Shown here: positions 60,402-64,000 of the stretch, piece after piece | Layout of the letters: every line of letters begins with the position of its first letter | Numbering within the stretch: position 1 is the stretch's first letter | Source of the DNA: Candidatus Eiseniibacteriota bacterium | GTDB taxonomy: Bacteria > Eisenbacteria > RBG-16-71-46 > JABDJR01 | Direction: 5' to 3' | DNA: 64,000 nucleotides | NCBI GenBank assembly: GCA_963783375.1 | Contig: CAWANH010000022.1 | Coordinates: forward strand, 1 to 64,000 | Translations under genes and position numbers: made by a program | The notes under the pieces: model-generated | Database searches by the model: none | What the model was told of the DNA's origin: nothing | Seen by the model: only the letters and a program-made list of their open reading frames with translations

Positions 60402-61715
60402 ATGTTCACGAAACTACAAAACATCTTCAACATCCCGGAGTTGAAGAAGCGCATCATCTTCACTGCTGCGCTTCTGGCCGTATATCGGCTGGGAGGGCAC
60501 ATCCCGACCCCGGGGGTGGACGCCGGCGCGCTCAAATCCTATTTCGCCCAGAATGCCGGCACCCTGTTCGGCCTTTACGACCTGTTCGTGGGAGGCTCGT
60601 TGTCCCGGGCCACGGTGTTCGCCCTGGGCATCATGCCCTACATCTCGGCCGCGATCATCCTGCAGCTCTTCGGGGCGGTGATCCCGTACTTCGAGAAGCT
60701 GCAGAAGGAAGGCGAGGAAGGCCGGAAGAAGATCACCCAGTACACGCGGTACGGCACGGTGTTCCTCTCCGCCATCCAGGCCTTCGGCATCGGGATCTTC
60801 CTGCAGAACCTGAACGCCTCCGGGACGGCGGTGGTGCCGAACCCCGGTCCGGGATTCATGTTCCTGACCATGGTCACCCTGACCTCGGGCACGATCTTCG
60901 TGATGTGGCTGGGGGAGCAGATCACCGAACGGGGGATCGGAAACGGGATCTCCCTCATCATCACCATCGGGATCATCGCCCGCTACCCGAACGAGATCCT
61001 GACCACGCTCCGGGCCTTCACCGCCGGCCAGTTCAACATCTTCGAGCTCATCATCCTGGGCCTGGTGATGCTGGCGGTGATCGTGCTGGTGGTGCTCATG
61101 ACCCTCGGCGTTCGCAAGATTCCGGTCCAGTACGCCAAACGCGTCGTGGGGCGGAAGATGTACGGCGGTCAGACCACCCATATCCCCCTCCGGGTGAACA
61201 CCGCCGGCGTGATGCCCATCATTTTCGCCCAGTCGATCATCGCGTTCCCGGGAACCGTGGCCGCGCTCTTCCCGAACAGCGAGATCATGCAGACGATTCA
61301 CACCGCGTTCTCTCCGGGGAACGTGATGTACATTCTCATTTACGCCCTGATGATCGTGTTCTTCACCTACTTCTACACCGCCATCGTGCTGAATCCGGTG
61401 GATCTGGCGGACAACATGCGGAAGTACGGCGGGTTCATTCCCGGTATCCGGCCGGGCAAGAAGACCTCGGAGTACATCGATCGCATCCTTTCCCGGATCA
61501 CCCTGCCCGGCGCGATCTTCCTGGCGTTCATCGCCGTCCTGCCGGACATCATGATCCGTAAGTTCAACGTACCCTTCTACTTCGGGGGGACGGGCCTCCT
61601 GATCGTGGTGGGCGTCATGCTCGACACCCTGAACCAGATCGAGTCCCACCTGGTCATGCGGCACTACGAGGGCTTCATGAAGAAGGGCAGGATCGGGACG
61701 AGGGTGTCCCGGTGA
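60402..61715 (+). CDS. secY: Preprotein translocase SecY
   Basis: ALGIMPYISA, GIGNGISL, IPGIRPG. Confidence 0.99.
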   Translation: MFTKLQNIFNIPELKKRIIFTAALLAVYRLGGHIPTPGVDAGALKSYFAQNAGTLFGLYDLFVGGSLSRATVFALGIMPYISAAIILQLFGAVIPYFEKLQKEGEEGRKKITQYTRYGTVFLSAIQAFGIGIFLQNLNASGTAVVPNPGPGFMFLTMVTLTSGTIFVMWLGEQITERGIGNGISLIITIGIIARYPNEILTTLRAFTAGQFNIFELIILGLVMLAVIVLVVLMTLGVRKIPVQYAKRVVGRKMYGGQTTHIPLRVNTAGVMPIIFAQSIIAFPGTVAALFPNSEIMQTIHTAFSPGNVMYILIYALMIVFFTYFYTAIVLNPVDLADNMRKYGGFIPGIRPGKKTSEYIDRILSRITLPGAIFLAFIAVLPDIMIRKFNVPFYFGGTGLLIVVGVMLDTLNQIESHLVMRHYEGFMKKGRIGTRVSR

Positions 61716-62254
61716 GGTTGGTCTTTCTGGGGGCGCCGGGGGCCGGGAAGGGCACCCAGGCCGACCTCCTCTGCAAGAAGAAGGAATTGCGCCACATCTC
61801 CACCGGCGAGTTGCTGAGGGACGCGGCGAAGCGGGGGACTGCGCTGGGGCTCCGGGCCAAGGAGGCCATGGACCGCGGAGATCTGGTGGCTGACGATGTG
61901 ATCCTGGGTCTGATCGAGGAGACCCTGGACGAGATCAAGGGGTCCGGGTTCGTGCTGGACGGGTTCCCGAGGACCCTTCCCCAGGCGCGGGGCCTGGACG
62001 AGATGCTGGAGCGTCACGGAATGGGCCTGGACCGGGTCGTGCTGCTGACCGCCTCGAAAGAGGAGGTTCAGAGCCGGCTGGCCGGCCGGGGGCGCACCGA
62101 CGACACCCCGGAGACGATCCTGAACCGGCTGAAGGTCTACGAGGAAAAGACCGCTCCTCTCGTGGGCTACTACGATGAGAGAGGGATCCTCCTCCGGGTG
62201 AACGGGATGGGGGACATCCCGGAGATCCAGGAGAGGATCCTGGCGGTTCTCTGA
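61712..62254 (+). CDS. adk: Adenylate kinase (short LID type)
   Basis: [22 protein letters not shown]. Confidence 0.96.
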   Translation: MRLVFLGAPGAGKGTQADLLCKKKELRHISTGELLRDAAKRGTALGLRAKEAMDRGDLVADDVILGLIEETLDEIKGSGFVLDGFPRTLPQARGLDEMLERHGMGLDRVVLLTASKEEVQSRLAGRGRTDDTPETILNRLKVYEEKTAPLVGYYDERGILLRVNGMGDIPEIQERILAVL

Positions 62255-62274
62255 AGTAACGAGCGGGAGAGTTC

Positions 62275-63048
62275 ATGGTCAAGCTTCGGTCCGACTTGGA
62301 AATCGAGAAGATCCGGGAGTCCTCCCGAATCGTGGCGGAGACCATCCAGCTCCTCCGGGGGCTGACCCGCGACGGAGTCTCCACCGCGGATCTGGATCGG
62401 AAAGCCGAGGAATACATCCGGGACAACGGCGGGGAACCCTCGTTCATGGGTTACCACGGCTACCCGGCCTCGACCTGCATCTCGATCAACGAGGAGGTCG
62501 TGCACGGGATTCCGGGGGGCCGGGTGATCCGGGCCGGGGACATCGTGGGGGTGGACGTCGGGGTGGTCAAGAACGGCTACCACGGCGATGCCGCGGCCAC
62601 GTTCCCGGTTGGACCGGTTGCGGACAGCGTGGAGCAATTGCTCCGGGTGACCGAGGAATGTCTGATGAAGGGGATCGAGGCGTTTCGGGCCGGGAATCGC
62701 CTCGGCGACGTGGGGCACGCGGTTCAGGCCCACGCCGAACGACACGGATACGGAGTGGTGCGGTCCCTGGTGGGCCACGGCATCGGAGAACGGATGCACG
62801 AGGATCCCCAGGTCCCGAACTACGGCAATCCGGGCACGGGCCTGAAGCTCAAGCCCGGCCTGGTCTGCGCCATCGAGCCCATGATCACCATGGGCGGGTG
62901 GGAAGTGGAGACCCTGGACGATCAGTGGACCATCGTCACGCGGGACGGCTCCCTGGCCGCCCACTTCGAGCACACGGTGGCGCTGACCGAGGACGGCCCG
63001 GAGGTCCTGAGCGTGGTCGATGGGCAGAGGAAGGCCGCGACGAACTGA
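62275..63048 (+). CDS. map: Methionine aminopeptidase type I
   Basis: [27 protein letters not shown]. Confidence 0.97.
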   Translation: MVKLRSDLEIEKIRESSRIVAETIQLLRGLTRDGVSTADLDRKAEEYIRDNGGEPSFMGYHGYPASTCISINEEVVHGIPGGRVIRAGDIVGVDVGVVKNGYHGDAAATFPVGPVADSVEQLLRVTEECLMKGIEAFRAGNRLGDVGHAVQAHAERHGYGVVRSLVGHGIGERMHEDPQVPNYGNPGTGLKLKPGLVCAIEPMITMGGWEVETLDDQWTIVTRDGSLAAHFEHTVALTEDGPEVLSVVDGQRKAATN

Positions 63049-63077
63049 GTCGCGGGCCTCTCCCGGAGGAGAGAACG

Positions 63078-63191
63078 ATGAAAGTGAAAGCAAGCGTCAA
63101 GCGCATGTGCGAGAACTGCAAGCTCGTGAAGCGCAAGGGCGTGGTGCGGGTGATCTGCAAGAACCCCCGCCACAAGCAGCGGCAGGGCTGA
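63078..63191 (+). CDS. rpmJ: 50S ribosomal protein L36
   Basis: [14 protein letters not shown]...[12 protein letters not shown]. Confidence 0.96.
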   Translation: MKVKASVKRMCENCKLVKRKGVVRVICKNPRHKQRQG

Positions 63192-63250
63192 TCCTGAGAG
63201 AAAGTTTCCGTCCGCGGACCCGCGGGGTCCCGGCGGAAGGAGGAATGTAA

Positions 63251-63634
63251 GTGGCACGAATCGCCGGCGTGGATCTTCCCAACGACAAGCGGGTGGAGAT
63301 CGCCTTGACCTACATCTTCGGTATCGGCCGCAGCCGGAGCAAGTTGATCCTGGATGCGACCAGAGTGAACCCGGACACCCGGGTCAAGGATCTCACCGAA
63401 GAGGACACGGCGAAGCTCCGTCAGGAGATCGAGACCAAGTACCGGGTCGAGGGCGCTCTCCATACCGAAGTTCAGATGAACGTGAAGCGCCTGATGGACA
63501 TCGGATGTTACCGGGGTCTCCGGCATCGCCGGGGTCTGCCCGTTCATGGGCAGCGCACCAAGACCAATTCCCGTACCCGCAAGGGACCGAAGCGGACCGC
63601 GGGTTCCGGGCGTCGCAGGCTCACCAAGACTTGA
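63251..63634 (+). CDS. rpsM: 30S ribosomal protein S13
   Basis: [19 protein letters not shown]. Confidence 0.98.
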   Translation: MARIAGVDLPNDKRVEIALTYIFGIGRSRSKLILDATRVNPDTRVKDLTEEDTAKLRQEIETKYRVEGALHTEVQMNVKRLMDIGCYRGLRHRRGLPVHGQRTKTNSRTRKGPKRTAGSGRRRLTKT

Positions 63635-63659
63635 TGCCCGTTTGAATTGAGGAGGATTC

Positions 63660-64000
63660 GTGGCCAAGGGAAAAGTCACCAAGAAGAAGAAGGACCGCAA
63701 GGTCTCGGTCAACGGGGTCGCGCACATCCAGGCGACCTTCAACAACACGATCATCTCCATCGCCGATGCGGACGGACAGATCGTGGGTTGGGCGAGCGCG
63801 GGAAAGGCCGGCTTCAAGGGAAGCCGCAAGAGCACGCCGTTCGCGGCGCAGCTCGCCGCCGAAGACGCGGCGAAACAGGTTTTGTCCCAGGGCATGAGGA
63901 AGGTGGAGGTCCATGTGAAGGGTCCGGGCGCGGGGCGGGAGGCGGCCATCCGCTCCCTGGCCGCGGCGGGACTCGAGATCCAGGCCATCCGCGACGTCAC
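63660..64000 (+). CDS. rpsK: 30S ribosomal protein S11 (truncated by the window end)
   Basis: [30 protein letters not shown]. Confidence 0.96.
   Translation, partial: MAKGKVTKKKKDRKVSVNGVAHIQATFNNTIISIADADGQIVGWASAGKAGFKGSRKSTPFAAQLAAEDAAKQVLSQGMRKVEVHVKGPGAGREAAIRSLAAAGLEIQAIRDV

Overview
High-GC bacterial chromosomal window. An RpoC insert ([16 protein letters not shown]) suggests an FCB-group lineage near Gemmatimonadota or a related candidate phylum, which is an inference only. Bases 1-32 kb are accessory or envelope genes: a DUF222-like/HNH nuclease gene split by an in-frame TGA and associated with a recurring ~19-bp motif, a TetR-TolC-HlyD-ABC (ybhGFSR-like) efflux operon with one frameshifted ATPase, a TylF-type methyltransferase, a TMTC-like GT-C/TPR protein, a divergent glycosyltransferase/flippase cluster, a deleted VOC gene, a ygiD-like dioxygenase, cysS, an M13 peptidase, a CD225-DUF2752 pair, two secreted orphans and a methyltransferase. 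Bases 32-64 kb are the core translation/transcription cluster: tRNA Thr-Tyr-Gly-Thr, tuf, rpmG, tRNA-Trp, secE, nusG, rplKAJL, rpoBC, rpsLG, fusA, a second identical tuf, the S10 and spc operons, secY, adk, map, rpmJ, rpsM and partial rpsK; infA is absent. The two best leads are (1) an apparently circularly permuted L10-leader RNA located between rplJ and rplL instead of upstream of rplJ, and (2) the HNH gene that carries inside its coding sequence the same DNA motif that brackets it as inverted repeats. All calls come from reading the sequence by eye; no searches were run.
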